Under the pieces are notes generated by a model. It searched no databases and had not been told where the DNA came from. It worked only from the letters and a program-made list of their open reading frames with translations. Of a DNA stretch of 64,000 bases, positions 8,930 through 18,923 are shown in pieces (the stretch's first letter is position 1; each line of letters starts with the position of its first letter). The stretch is from NCBI GenBank assembly GCA_036397555.1, contig DASWIS010000031.1, positions 80,052 through 144,051 of the forward strand. The letters run 5' to 3'. Source of the DNA: Candidatus Zixiibacteriota bacterium (GTDB lineage Bacteria; Zixibacteria; MSB-5A5; WJJR01). The translations under genes were made by a program, and so were the position numbers.

Positions 8930-10074
8930 TGCCTGACACCTCATTGTGTGTCGTGGCCGGAGAACCATCCGGCGATCTGCACGGCGCGCGTCTGATCACC
9001 ACAATCAAGCAGCGTCATCCCGATTGGCGCATCTGGGGAGTCGGCTCCGCGCAGATGGCGGCCGCCGGATGTGAACTGTGGCAGGACGCCCGCGACTGGG
9101 GGCTCTCGGGGATCGTCGATGTCGTCCTGTCGCTCCCGCGCGTTCTGCGACGGTTGAGTCGATTGACCGATGCCATCGTCGAACGCAAACCGACCGGCGT
9201 TGTCCTGATCGACTATCCCGGATTCAATCTGCGCCTGGCCAAACGCATCCACGCGCACGGGGCGCGGGTACTCTATTACATCGTGCCGCAATTGTGGGCT
9301 TGGGGGCCGAATCGGATCAAGGTCTTTCAGGACTGCATCGACCGCGCGATCGTGGCATTCGGGTTTGAGCAGGAATACTTTCGGACGCACCATGTTACGG
9401 CCGATTGGGTCGGACATCCGTTGACCGACGTTGTGGCGGCCTCGGCCCCGCGTGAGATTGTGCGTCAACGGCTGAGGGTAGGCGCAGACGAACCACTCGT
9501 TACACTGCTACCGGGGGCGCGGCACGCCGAATTTCGATCACACTGGGATTTGTTCCGAACGGCGGCCCAGCTCATTGCCGCGTCTGTGCCACGCGCCCGC
9601 ATCGCGCTGGGACTGGCGCCGACCATTGCGGATCGGAACACGGTCGGAGACTTTGAAGACGGGATAATCGTCTCGTCCGATGTGTACGATTTGATCGCTG
9701 CGGCGGATCTGGTCATCACCAAACCGGGCACTGCCACGGTCGAATGCGCGCTGTTGAATACGCCGATGATCTCGGTATATCGCACCGGTTCGCTCAACTA
9801 CGCCATCGCCCGCCGTCTGGTCCGGATCGATCAGATGGCGATGCCGAATATTCTCCTGAAGCGCACGGTCGTGCCCGAGTTTCTCCAGAACGATGCGACC
9901 CCCGAAGGCATTGCGGCGTCGGCCCGTCAACTGCTCAACGACAAAGCCGCGCGGTCGCGGCAGTTGGCCGCCCTATCCGAGGTTCGCGACGCGCTCGGGT
10001 CACAGGGAGCGGTGGCGCGTGCCGCCGGGATCGTCGATGAATGGATTGGGGAACTGCGAGGGTCCCTCGGGTGA
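8929..10074 (+). CDS. lpxB: lipid-A-disaccharide synthase
   Basis: VVAGEPSGD N-terminus and GT-B fold signature of LpxB; ATGA overlap with the lpxA stop. Confidence 0.85.
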   Translation: MPDTSLCVVAGEPSGDLHGARLITTIKQRHPDWRIWGVGSAQMAAAGCELWQDARDWGLSGIVDVVLSLPRVLRRLSRLTDAIVERKPTGVVLIDYPGFNLRLAKRIHAHGARVLYYIVPQLWAWGPNRIKVFQDCIDRAIVAFGFEQEYFRTHHVTADWVGHPLTDVVAASAPREIVRQRLRVGADEPLVTLLPGARHAEFRSHWDLFRTAAQLIAASVPRARIALGLAPTIADRNTVGDFEDGIIVSSDVYDLIAAADLVITKPGTATVECALLNTPMISVYRTGSLNYAIARRLVRIDQMAMPNILLKRTVVPEFLQNDATPEGIAASARQLLNDKAARSRQLAALSEVRDALGSQGAVARAAGIVDEWIGELRGSLG

Positions 10075-10153
10075 GTTTGTCGATCCTGAAGCGTCGTTGG
10101 GGATCGTCTGTCAGCCGATATATATTCGGAATGTGACCAGCGAACGGGACACC

Positions 10154-11527
10154 ATGCACGGGCCGGAGTCAGATCATGGCCGCAGTAATCGGCGCGGGCA
10201 TCGCCCGTCTTTTTGGGCACGGCGTCTCACCGATTTGTACTCGGTCGGCGCATCCGGCGTGGCACGCGCCGGAAGTTGGTGGCAGAAGCGTGCCAATCGC
10301 TGGAATGACGAGGGCATCGCCCAGCGTCGCGGCGAACAATTGCCTGCCCCTCCCCCCGGACGTCCGATTTGGATTCATGCCGCCTCCGTCGGCGAGGTCC
10401 GCATCGGCGGATACTTCGCCGGGGCGCTGCGCGCGCGGGGTCACACGGTCATCGCCTCGGCGATGACCGAGACCGGGCTGCGTTTGTGCGCGGATGTCTA
10501 TCCCCAGGACACCGTTTGCTTCCGCGTTCCCTTCGATCTGCCGCAGGCGATGGAGAAAGTCTTCTCGCACTTCGATCCGCGCGCCGTCGTGCTGGTCGAG
10601 ACCGAGTGGTGGCCGAACTTTCTGACCGCTGCGGCCGACCATGATGTCCCGGTATTCGTTGTCAACGGACGCGTCTCCTCCGGCGCATTCGCCCGCTATC
10701 GGATCGGCGCTGCGTATTGGCGATCGCTGTTGCGTTGCGTGCGATTCTTCTTTATGCGAGCCGAGGACGACGCGCACCGAGTGTTGGCGCTCGGTGTCGA
10801 GCCGTGGCGGGTGCGCGCGGCCGGATCGCTGAAGCTGCCGCCCGAGGTCGATCGGAAAATGCCATCGGGCACGCCGGTGCGGGCCACTGGACCTGTCTGG
10901 ATCGCCGGATGCACTCGTCCCGGCGAGGAGAAAATAATCCTGTCGGCTTTCCGACAATTGCGCCGGGAGTATGCCGGGTTGCGGCTCTGGCTGGCGCCGC
11001 GTCACCCCGAACGATTCGACAAAGTCGAACGGCAGATCCGTCGGGGGGGCTGGGAGCCGTCGCGCTGGTCGCGGTTGCGCGAGTCGGCATCGGTCAGTTC
11101 CGACGTTCTCCTGATCGATCAGATAGGTGCCCTTGCGGGGCTGTACCAACATGCCGATGTGGCCTTCGTCGGTGGGAGCTTGCGTCCGTTTGGCGGGCAC
11201 AATCCACTGGAAGCCGCCGCCGCTGGAGTCCCGGTCGTGTTCGGTCCGTTCATGGAGAAGCAGTCAGAAGAGGCCCAACTCCTGCTGGAAATGGGCATGG
11301 CGCGACGGGTAGACGATCCGTCTCTGTTGCGTTCCGCCATCGCAACGATACTGCGCAATCCGCCCGACGCGGCGACGCGCCAGACACGGTCGGCCGAGTT
11401 GCGCGATCGTCTCGTCGGCATCCGGGAGGAGATTGCCGACGATCTGTGTGCGATGCTGCTGTCGCTGGAATCGCGCGCCGATGGTCCTCAGGCGGCTGTG
11501 CCGCATGCGGAGCCAGCCAAACATTGA
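10154..11527 (+). CDS. waaA: 3-deoxy-D-manno-octulosonic acid (Kdo) transferase
   Basis: PIWIHAASVGEV and HNPLEAAAAGVPV motifs align with E. coli KdtA. The long ORF from 9893 overlaps lpxB, so I chose the in-frame ATG at 10154 after the lpxB stop. Confidence 0.75.
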   Translation: MHGPESDHGRSNRRGHRPSFWARRLTDLYSVGASGVARAGSWWQKRANRWNDEGIAQRRGEQLPAPPPGRPIWIHAASVGEVRIGGYFAGALRARGHTVIASAMTETGLRLCADVYPQDTVCFRVPFDLPQAMEKVFSHFDPRAVVLVETEWWPNFLTAAADHDVPVFVVNGRVSSGAFARYRIGAAYWRSLLRCVRFFFMRAEDDAHRVLALGVEPWRVRAAGSLKLPPEVDRKMPSGTPVRATGPVWIAGCTRPGEEKIILSAFRQLRREYAGLRLWLAPRHPERFDKVERQIRRGGWEPSRWSRLRESASVSSDVLLIDQIGALAGLYQHADVAFVGGSLRPFGGHNPLEAAAAGVPVVFGPFMEKQSEEAQLLLEMGMARRVDDPSLLRSAIATILRNPPDAATRQTRSAELRDRLVGIREEIADDLCAMLLSLESRADGPQAAVPHAEPAKH

Positions 11528-12603
11528 TACGGTTGCTCAAACAAGCGTATCAGGATTGGTCCCTTGGCCGGCGTTCGCCCGGCCTGTTTTGTTATGGGGC
11601 ACTCGCCAAACCCGCCGCGTGGGTATATCAAGCGGCGAACTCGTTGGAACAGCGACGACGGGCGCGCGTGCTCCCGCCGCTGGCCAACGCAAGCTTGATC
11701 GTCGTTTCCTCCCCGACAGTTGGGGGCGCCGGCAAAACGCCCCTGACCGCTCACATTGTCTCAAAACTGAGAAGTCAGGGCATCGACACCGCGATTGTCA
11801 CCAGGGGATACGGACGCCGCGCGCACGGCACTTTTAGTCTCGATGACGAGCACGACGCCACTGCCGATCAGATCGGTGATGAAGCGTTAATGTTGCGACA
11901 GCAAACCGGGGCCGTCGTCGTCGTCGGCAAGGACCCGGCGCAAGTCATTGACGAGCTGGATCGGTCCGGCCGGTTTGGCGCGATCGTCCTTGACGACGGC
12001 GTCTCAACGCAATGGCAGAACGAATTCCGCATCGTCTGTCTTGCCGCCGCCGACTGCGAACATCCGGTCCGGTATCTTCCCGATGGCCGCTGGCGAGTAT
12101 CGCCGCACTCGATCCGGCACGCCACAGCGGTGATCGTGACCACCGATGGCGACATTTCGCACAATGTGCAAAAAATCCATCGGGAACGGCTGGGCACATG
12201 GGGGTATCGTGGTCCGATCGCGTGGTTTCGGCGTGTCACTGACGGAATCGTCGCCGTTGACGGGGCCACAGTCGGGGCGAAGTCCGTTCCGCCGCACGGC
12301 AGGCCGCTGGTCTTCTGCGGGATTGCCGTCCCACAACGCTTCTTCGAGCAGGTGTGCGCCTGGGGTGTGATACCCGCAGGCACCGTCTCCTTCCCCGATC
12401 ACCATCGTTACACCGGACGCGGCATCGAGAGATTGTTTCACCGGGCGGGAAACATCGGCGCGGATTATCTGTTGACCACGCACAAGGATGCCGTTAAGAT
12501 CGCCGGCTCCCGGCTGCGGGGACTGCCGCTCTATGTCCTCGCTACGCGACTTGAGTTCATTGCCGGGGACGACTTTTTCGAAGCCTGGCAACTGCCGTCA
12601 TGA
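11524..12603 (+). CDS. lpxK: tetraacyldisaccharide 4'-kinase
   Basis: P-loop VGGAGKTP and LpxK-like N-terminus LLKQAYQDW. TTG at 11524 overlaps the waaA stop; the upstream part of ORF 10717..12603 is an alternate frame of waaA. Confidence 0.7.
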   Translation: MIRLLKQAYQDWSLGRRSPGLFCYGALAKPAAWVYQAANSLEQRRRARVLPPLANASLIVVSSPTVGGAGKTPLTAHIVSKLRSQGIDTAIVTRGYGRRAHGTFSLDDEHDATADQIGDEALMLRQQTGAVVVVGKDPAQVIDELDRSGRFGAIVLDDGVSTQWQNEFRIVCLAAADCEHPVRYLPDGRWRVSPHSIRHATAVIVTTDGDISHNVQKIHRERLGTWGYRGPIAWFRRVTDGIVAVDGATVGAKSVPPHGRPLVFCGIAVPQRFFEQVCAWGVIPAGTVSFPDHHRYTGRGIERLFHRAGNIGADYLLTTHKDAVKIAGSRLRGLPLYVLATRLEFIAGDDFFEAWQLPS

Positions 12604-14225
12604 GTCAGCGTCGCTTTCGACTGTCACACATCGAAGAGCACGACTGCGACTTCCTGGTGATCGGCTCGGGGATTGCCGGACTGTGGACCGCGCTGTGCCT
12701 GGCGCCGCACGGAAATGTCCTGATCGTCACGAAGAAGGACGAAGTTGAATCGAATACCAATTACGCGCAGGGCGGCATCGCGGCGGTGGTCTCGAGTCTG
12801 GATTCGATCGCACAGCACGTCGAGGACACGTTGACCGCCGGGGCGGGGTTGTGCAAGCCGCGCGTCGTTCGTCATGTCGTTACCGAAGCACCCGCCATGA
12901 TTCGGGCGCTGATCGATGTGGGCGTGCAGTTTTCCTTTCGACGCGCCCGCCGCTCTCTGAACAATCTCGACGTCGGGCTGGAGGGCGGACACTCGGCGGC
13001 GCGGGTTGTGCACGCTTCCGATCTGACCGGCCGCGAGATCGAAGCCGCGCTCTTGCGCGCGCTGCGGAGCCAGAAATCGGTGATTCTTCTCGAGCATCAC
13101 ATTGCGATCGACCTGCTGACTCACAATCGCGGTTCGGCGCGTCGTTGTGTCGGCGCGATGATCTTCGACCGTCAACGCCGTGTACTCATGCGCGCCTCAT
13201 CGCCGGCGACCGTGCTGGCCACCGGTGGCGCCGGGCAGGTCTATCGGTTCACGACCAATCCGCGCATCGCGACCGGCGATGGGGTGGCGATGGCCTTCCG
13301 CGCCGGCTGCCGGGTCGCCAATATGGAGTTTGTCCAATTCCACCCCACGCGGCTGCACGTTCCCGGCTCGGGACGTTTCCTCATCTCCGAAGCGCTGCGC
13401 GGGGCAGGGGGGATTCTGCGCAACCGTCGCGGCGAGGCATTCATGGAGCATGTGCATCCGTTGGGCGATCTGGCGCCGCGCGACATTGTCGCCCGCGCCA
13501 TCATGGCCGAATGCCGACGCACCCGTTCGCGGTGCGCCTATCTGGACATGACCCACTTGAAGGCGGGCTTCATCCGGGAGCGGTTCCCCAATATCCACCG
13601 CCGCTGCAAACAGCTCGGACTGGACATGACCAGGGAACCGATTCCGGTGCTGCCGGCGGCGCATTACATGTGCGGCGGCATCATCACCGACTTGCGGGGC
13701 CAGACCGATATTGCCGGACTCTGGGCCGCCGGCGAAGTCGCATGCACCGGACTGCACGGCGCCAATCGCTTGGCCTCCAATTCACTCCTGGAAGCGATGG
13801 TGTTCGCACAGGCGGCGTCGCTGTCGGCCATCGGAATAATCAAGCGACTCAGAAAGACTCTGCCCCGCGCACCCCGGGATGTATCAGGGATGCGCATCGG
13901 TCACCGGTCTGGATCAAGCCGCGCCTGGACGGCACTGCGTCTGTTGATGTGGGATCGGGTCGGCATTCTGCGCGACGGGCAAGGGCTCACGTCGGCGGTT
14001 GCGACATTGCGACAACTCCGGAGCCGACTGGACTCTCAGATTCGACGAGAGGGGTTCAACGCCGACGCGCTGGAACTGCGTAATGCCATGCTTGTCAGCA
14101 TGCTCATCGCCGCCAGCGCCCTGAAACGGCGCGAATCGCGCGGGCTGCACGAACGGCTCGACTTCCCGCAAACCGATGACGATAATTGGCGACACGACAC
14201 GATCCTGAAGGGACCGCGCATTTGA
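12600..14225 (+). CDS. nadB: L-aspartate oxidase
   Basis: FAD-binding DFLVIGSGIAGL and succinate dehydrogenase/fumarate reductase flavoprotein fold with NadB-length C-terminus; ATGA overlap with the lpxK stop. Confidence 0.85.
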   Translation: MSQRRFRLSHIEEHDCDFLVIGSGIAGLWTALCLAPHGNVLIVTKKDEVESNTNYAQGGIAAVVSSLDSIAQHVEDTLTAGAGLCKPRVVRHVVTEAPAMIRALIDVGVQFSFRRARRSLNNLDVGLEGGHSAARVVHASDLTGREIEAALLRALRSQKSVILLEHHIAIDLLTHNRGSARRCVGAMIFDRQRRVLMRASSPATVLATGGAGQVYRFTTNPRIATGDGVAMAFRAGCRVANMEFVQFHPTRLHVPGSGRFLISEALRGAGGILRNRRGEAFMEHVHPLGDLAPRDIVARAIMAECRRTRSRCAYLDMTHLKAGFIRERFPNIHRRCKQLGLDMTREPIPVLPAAHYMCGGIITDLRGQTDIAGLWAAGEVACTGLHGANRLASNSLLEAMVFAQAASLSAIGIIKRLRKTLPRAPRDVSGMRIGHRSGSSRAWTALRLLMWDRVGILRDGQGLTSAVATLRQLRSRLDSQIRREGFNADALELRNAMLVSMLIAASALKRRESRGLHERLDFPQTDDDNWRHDTILKGPRI

Positions 14226-15769
14226 TGTCAGCAAGCCGATCAGAGGCCATCTGGATTCTCGACTTCGGGTCGCAGTACACGCAGTTGATCGCACGGCGCA
14301 TCCGTGAGCTGGGGGTCTTCTCGCGCGTCGTCGGGCCCGACATCAGGCCCGAGGCCATCGATTGGAACGAGGCCCGGGGGTTGATCTTCTCCGGCGGCCC
14401 GGCATCGGCCAACGATCCCGGAGCGCCGACATGCGATCCGTCGTTATTCGGGAAAGACTGTCCCAAGCTCGGCATCTGCTACGGACTACAACTGTATGCC
14501 ATCAGCCATGGGGGCCGATTGGCCGAGTCGACGCGACGTGAGTACGGGCGTGCGGTCATGACGCGTCAGGGCGACGACGCCCTCTGGGATGGACTGCCGC
14601 GACAGTTCAACGTTTGGATGAGCCACGGTGATTCGGTCGCGACACTACCTCCGGGCATGAAAGCCATCGGACAGACCGATGCGGTGCCGTTGGCGGCGAT
14701 GTCGGATGCGTCGCGCCGCTTCTGGGGGATTCAATTCCATCCCGAAGTCGAGCACACTGAGCATGGCCGCGAGATTCTCCGGGCCTTCGTCTACGATATC
14801 TGCCATTGCCAGGGCGGATGGGATGCCGGCGTGTTTACCGAGCAGGCAATCACCGAAGTCCGACAGCAGGTCGGCGACGGCCACGTACTGCTTGGTGTCT
14901 CCGGCGGGGTCGATTCCGCTGTCCTGGCCGTCCTGCTCAAGCGCGCCATCGGCACGCGCTCCCATCCGGTCTTCGTCGACACCGGACTGCTGCGCGACGA
15001 CGAGGCGACTGAGGTCACCGATGCGCTGCGTTCGGCGGGCGTCGAGATTCGACCTGTTGATGCCGGGCAACGCTTCCTGTCGGCTCTCGCGGGCGTTACC
15101 GATCCCGAGCTGAAGCGCAAGGCCATCGGTCGCGTCTTCATTGAAGTCTTCGAAGAAGAAGCCAAACGCATCGGCCCAATCGACTTTCTGGCGCAGGGAA
15201 CGCTTTATCCCGATTGGATCGAGAGCGTTTCAGTTGCGGGGCCATCGGCGGTCATCAAGTCGCACCACAACGTCGGCGGCTTGCCGGATCGCATGCACTT
15301 GAAACTGGTCGAACCGCTCAAATGGCTCTTCAAGGACGAGGTCCGCGCTGTCGGACGTACCCTCGGTCTTCCGGCGCCCGTCCTCGGACGGCACCCCTTT
15401 CCCGGACCCGGTTTGGCGGTCCGCATCCCTGGGTCGATCACCTCTCCCGATCTGGCGCTATTGCGCGCCGCCGACCGCATCTTCATTGCCGAACTGCGGA
15501 ACTCGGGATGGTACGACAAGGTCTGGCAGGCGTTTTGTGTCCTGCTCCCGGTGCACTCCGTGGGTGTCATGGGCGACCACCGCACCTATGAGAAGTCGCT
15601 GGCGCTGCGCGCGGTCACATCCGCCGATGGTATGACCGCTGACTGGGCCGAGCTGCCGTACGAGCTGCTCAAGCGTGTCTCGAATCGGATCATCAACGAG
15701 GTTCCCGGCATCAATCGCGTCTGTTACGACATTTCCTCCAAACCCCCGGCGACCATCGAATGGGAGTAG
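14225..15769 (+). CDS. guaA: GMP synthase (glutamine-hydrolysing)
   Basis: ILDFGSQYTQLIARR GATase N-terminus, SGGVDS PP-loop, C-terminal GMP synthase domain ending IEWE. ATG 14225 overlaps the nadB TGA. Confidence 0.9.
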   Translation: MSASRSEAIWILDFGSQYTQLIARRIRELGVFSRVVGPDIRPEAIDWNEARGLIFSGGPASANDPGAPTCDPSLFGKDCPKLGICYGLQLYAISHGGRLAESTRREYGRAVMTRQGDDALWDGLPRQFNVWMSHGDSVATLPPGMKAIGQTDAVPLAAMSDASRRFWGIQFHPEVEHTEHGREILRAFVYDICHCQGGWDAGVFTEQAITEVRQQVGDGHVLLGVSGGVDSAVLAVLLKRAIGTRSHPVFVDTGLLRDDEATEVTDALRSAGVEIRPVDAGQRFLSALAGVTDPELKRKAIGRVFIEVFEEEAKRIGPIDFLAQGTLYPDWIESVSVAGPSAVIKSHHNVGGLPDRMHLKLVEPLKWLFKDEVRAVGRTLGLPAPVLGRHPFPGPGLAVRIPGSITSPDLALLRAADRIFIAELRNSGWYDKVWQAFCVLLPVHSVGVMGDHRTYEKSLALRAVTSADGMTADWAELPYELLKRVSNRIINEVPGINRVCYDISSKPPATIEWE

Positions 15770-15806
15770 GGCATCGTGTGTCCCTGTCAGCACGGGGAGA
15801 ATCGGC

Positions 15807-15836
15807 TTGACTTCACCTTTCTGAGATTTTGATATT
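15807..15836 (+). promoter_or_regulatory. candidate sigma70-like promoter for the atp operon (TTGACT-N18-GATATT)
   Basis: The only AT-rich patch in the guaA-atpZ spacer; hexamers read by eye, and this lineage's consensus is unknown. Confidence 0.2.
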
Positions 15837-15914
15837 GGCGGTCCGCTTCGAGCCGCTTGCAGGTTCTGCGACAAAGAGTTGCATGGCTTGGGGCGTACCG
15901 GATCGGTGTGATTC

Positions 15915-16157
15915 ATGGGCCGACCGAACAGTTCGGAGACGGGTCGGTGGCTGCGGCCGATCGGGCTGTTGACCGCGATCCCGTTTGTATTACTGGTCGG
16001 ACCGCTGATCGGCTACTACCTCGGCGACTGGCTCGACCGCCGATACGGCACTGAGCCGTGGCTGATGGTGATCTTCATCGTGTTGGGATTTACAGCTTCC
16101 GGGCGTGAGGTTTACAAGTTGATCAAAAGTGCCGCGCGCGATACAAACGGCAACTGA
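15915..16157 (+). CDS. AtpZ/AtpR-like small 2-TM protein, first gene of the atp operon
   Basis: 80 aa, two TM helices; ...LGDWLDRRYGTEPWLMVIFIVLGF resembles the ATPase_gene1 family; position immediately upstream of atpI. Confidence 0.45.
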   Translation: MGRPNSSETGRWLRPIGLLTAIPFVLLVGPLIGYYLGDWLDRRYGTEPWLMVIFIVLGFTASGREVYKLIKSAARDTNGN

Positions 16158-16169
16158 CAGCCCCATCTC

Positions 16170-16577
16170 ATGGGACTTGACTTCCTCTCACGCGTGCAAC
16201 GAACGACGCTGATTCTCAGCGCGATCGTCTTCGTCTTTGTCGCCGTCTACCACGAGACGATGTTTGCGCTCGGATACTTGATCGGTGCGACGTGGAGCGT
16301 GGCCAATTTCTGGATGCTGGGACGCCTGATTCGTTCCGTGTTGACACCGCAGGAGGTCGCACCCCGCCTCACCGCCGCATTCGCTGCGGTCAAATTCCCA
16401 GTTCTGTATGTGGGCGGCTACCTTCTGCTCCGGTCCGAATGGTTCTCTCCCGTGGCGCTGCTTTCGGGATTTGCAACGCTTTTTCTTGTGGTGCTGCTCA
16501 AAGCTCTCGGGCGTGCATTCCTTCATCTTGATGATCAAGCGTCTGAATCCTCTTCCGTTTGCTCGCGGACTCAATGA
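16170..16577 (+). CDS. atpI: ATP synthase protein I-like (4-TM)
   Basis: 135 aa, four hydrophobic helices; location between atpZ-like and atpB. Confidence 0.5.
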   Translation: MGLDFLSRVQRTTLILSAIVFVFVAVYHETMFALGYLIGATWSVANFWMLGRLIRSVLTPQEVAPRLTAAFAAVKFPVLYVGGYLLLRSEWFSPVALLSGFATLFLVVLLKALGRAFLHLDDQASESSSVCSRTQ

Positions 16578-17422
16578 CACAACTGTTTCATTCCATCTGG
16601 GTCCCTCTGGCAACGGTGGCTTCGTCTGGCGATGGCCATGAGCCGGCGGCATCATCCGGCGCCCCGGAACTCCCGAACATCATCACGATCCTTTCGGGGT
16701 ACTTTCCAGGTCAAACGTGGGCGGAGTTTCTTCACCACTGGGAGAACGTGATCTACGCGTTTATCGTGGCCATCGGACTGTCGCTGGTGTCGTATTTTGC
16801 GACCCGTCGCGCGACAATGATGCCGGGCCGTCTGCAAAACCTGCTGGAGATGGCGGTGGAGGGGCTGGACAACTTCATCGGCGGGATTCTTGGCCCGCAC
16901 GGGCGACGTTTCACCCCGTTTCTCGGCACATTATTTCTCTACATCTGGTGCATGAACCTGTTCGGGTTGATCCCCGGCATGATGTCGCCGACCGGCGGAA
17001 AGAATGGAATCAACACCACCATCGCGCTGGCGGTGTGCGTGTTCTTTTATGTGCAGTATGCCGGAATCCGCCACATGGGTGTCTGGGGATACATCGACCA
17101 CATGATGGGAACACCGCGCAGCGTCATCCAGTGGGTTCTGGTGCCGCTGAACCTGCCAATCCACCTGATCGGCGAGTTGGCCAAGCCCATGTCGCTGTCG
17201 TTACGTCTGTTCGGCAACATCACCGGCGAGGACGTGCTGCTGGCGGCATTCGTCATGCTCGGGATCTCGGCGACCGCCTTCCTGCACGTCCCGGTTGGAC
17301 TGCCGTTGCATTTGCCGTTCATCTTCCTGGCGCTATTGACCGGCACGATCCAGGCGCTGGTCTTCACGTTGTTGTCGACCGTTTATTTTTCGATGATGCT
17401 ATCCGAACACGAGGGCCATTGA
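16574..17422 (+). CDS. atpB: F0F1 ATP synthase subunit a
   Basis: Conserved LSLRLFGNI with the essential Arg; ATG 16574 overlaps the atpI TGA. Confidence 0.9.
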   Translation: MTQLFHSIWVPLATVASSGDGHEPAASSGAPELPNIITILSGYFPGQTWAEFLHHWENVIYAFIVAIGLSLVSYFATRRATMMPGRLQNLLEMAVEGLDNFIGGILGPHGRRFTPFLGTLFLYIWCMNLFGLIPGMMSPTGGKNGINTTIALAVCVFFYVQYAGIRHMGVWGYIDHMMGTPRSVIQWVLVPLNLPIHLIGELAKPMSLSLRLFGNITGEDVLLAAFVMLGISATAFLHVPVGLPLHLPFIFLALLTGTIQALVFTLLSTVYFSMMLSEHEGH

Positions 17423-17475
17423 TCGCGACATAAACGCAGTGGGACAAAGGAACATTTCGTAAAGGAGCAGGAGTC

Positions 17476-17709
17476 ATGGACTTTCGTACCGCACTCTCGC
17501 TGGCGCTGCCGTTCGGACTGGCGCTGGCGGCCATCGGTTCCGGCATCGGCCTGGGCAAGGCCGTAGCCGCGGCGATGGAGGCGATGGGACGCCAGCCCGA
17601 AGCGGCCGGCAAAATCCAGACCGGCATGATCATCGGCGCAGCGCTCATCGAGGCGCTGACGATCTACGCGCTGGTGGCGTTTTTCATCTTGCAGGGACGC
17701 ATCCAGTAA
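17476..17709 (+). CDS. atpE: F0F1 ATP synthase subunit c
   Basis: 77 aa hairpin, GIGLG loop, conserved carboxylate (E) in helix 2, AGGAG RBS. Confidence 0.9.
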   Translation: MDFRTALSLALPFGLALAAIGSGIGLGKAVAAAMEAMGRQPEAAGKIQTGMIIGAALIEALTIYALVAFFILQGRIQ

Positions 17710-17809
17710 CGACACCGCGGACGCCGCGAACTCGGAGCGCAATCCCCTGCCGAATGGGAGGGGCCGCGGCGTGCATTGCGTTTCATCGTAATGGAGGACC
17801 GGACTTGGC

Positions 17810-18301
17810 ATGAACCCACAGTTGCAGCAAATCGCCACACATGTTGTCGGGTTTCTGATCGCATTGTGGATTCTCAGACGGTTCGCATGGAAACCGTTGC
17901 TGAATCTGCTCGAAGAACGGCGCGCGAAGATCAGGGCCGACTTCGATGCCGCCGAGGCCAAACGCAGGCAGTCAGAGAATCTCGCCGCACAATACCAACA
18001 ACGGCTCGATGCCATCGAGGCCGAGGCCCGTCAGAAGATTCAGGAGGCGGTCAACGAGGGTCGCCAGGTCGCCTCGGAACTGCGCGAGGAAGCCCGCGGC
18101 GAGGCCAAACGCATCATCGATAAGGCGCGCGCCGATCTCGATCGCGATCTCGCCAAGGCCCAGGTCGCGCTCAAGGAGCGCATGGTCGGCATGACGTTGT
18201 CGGCGACCGAGCGCATCCTCCGTCAGACGCTCGATCAGGAGGGACACCGGCGCCTGATTGCGGGTTTCATCGATGAATTGGAGCAGTCACAGACACGCTG
18301 A
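17810..18301 (+). CDS. atpF: F0F1 ATP synthase subunit b
   Basis: Single N-terminal TM followed by a long charged coiled coil; GGAGG RBS. Confidence 0.85.
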   Translation: MNPQLQQIATHVVGFLIALWILRRFAWKPLLNLLEERRAKIRADFDAAEAKRRQSENLAAQYQQRLDAIEAEARQKIQEAVNEGRQVASELREEARGEAKRIIDKARADLDRDLAKAQVALKERMVGMTLSATERILRQTLDQEGHRRLIAGFIDELEQSQTR

Positions 18302-18320
18302 CAGGGGTAGTTGACGGATC

Positions 18321-18881
18321 ATGACGGATGATACCCGCGTCGCTCGAAAGTACGCCACCGCGCTTTTTGATCTGGCAAATCGTCAGGGACAGTTGCGTCC
18401 CGTTTGGGGTGACCTCTCTGCGCTGGCGGCGGCCATCGAACAGGAGAGACGGCTGCTGCCGGTACTCTCCTCGCCCCAGTTGTCGCCGGAGCAGAAGAAA
18501 GAGTTGCTCGCCCGCGCCCTGGGTGCATCGGCGCACGCGTTGGTGAGGAACTTCCTGAATTTCTTAATCGACAAAGGCCGCACTTCGGCGTTGTTGCGTA
18601 TGATCCAAATCTATCGCGAGCTCCTCGACGAAATCGAAGGGATCGTGCGCGCGACGATCACCACGGCGGTTCCGCTGCCGGATGCCGAACGCGATCAGAT
18701 CATCACACGGCTGGAGAAGTTATCGGGCAAGTCCGTGCAATCCCACACGCTCGTCGACCCCGCGTTGTTGGGCGGCGTGGTTGTTCTCATGGGCGGCGAG
18801 ATGATCGATCATACGGTACGTCATGATTTGGAGCGATTGCGCGAAACACTGTCGGCCGTCAAAGTGCATCATGCCGCATAG
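18321..18881 (+). CDS. atpH: F0F1 ATP synthase subunit delta (OSCP)
   Basis: ARKYATALFDLA N-terminus typical of OSCP; operon position. Confidence 0.85.
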   Translation: MTDDTRVARKYATALFDLANRQGQLRPVWGDLSALAAAIEQERRLLPVLSSPQLSPEQKKELLARALGASAHALVRNFLNFLIDKGRTSALLRMIQIYRELLDEIEGIVRATITTAVPLPDAERDQIITRLEKLSGKSVQSHTLVDPALLGGVVVLMGGEMIDHTVRHDLERLRETLSAVKVHHAA

Positions 18882-18923
18882 AATGTCCGAGTATCGAAAA
18901 GACATATTGGAGAGTAGTCACTC

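Noticed and set aside
9893-10153. N-terminal 87 codons of the 9893..11527 ORF as part of waaA
   Set aside because: Would overlap lpxB by 180 nt and has no similarity to the KdtA N-terminus; the in-frame ATG at 10154 after the lpxB stop was chosen.
10717-11523. Upstream 269 codons of the 628-aa ORF 10717..12603
   Set aside because: Alternate frame of waaA (Arg/Ala-rich); only the part from about 11524 shows LpxK similarity (P-loop).
12851-14083. 410-aa plus-strand ORF in another frame of nadB
   Set aside because: Arg/Pro/Gly-rich alternate frame; nadB in the 12600 frame has full-length flavoprotein motifs.
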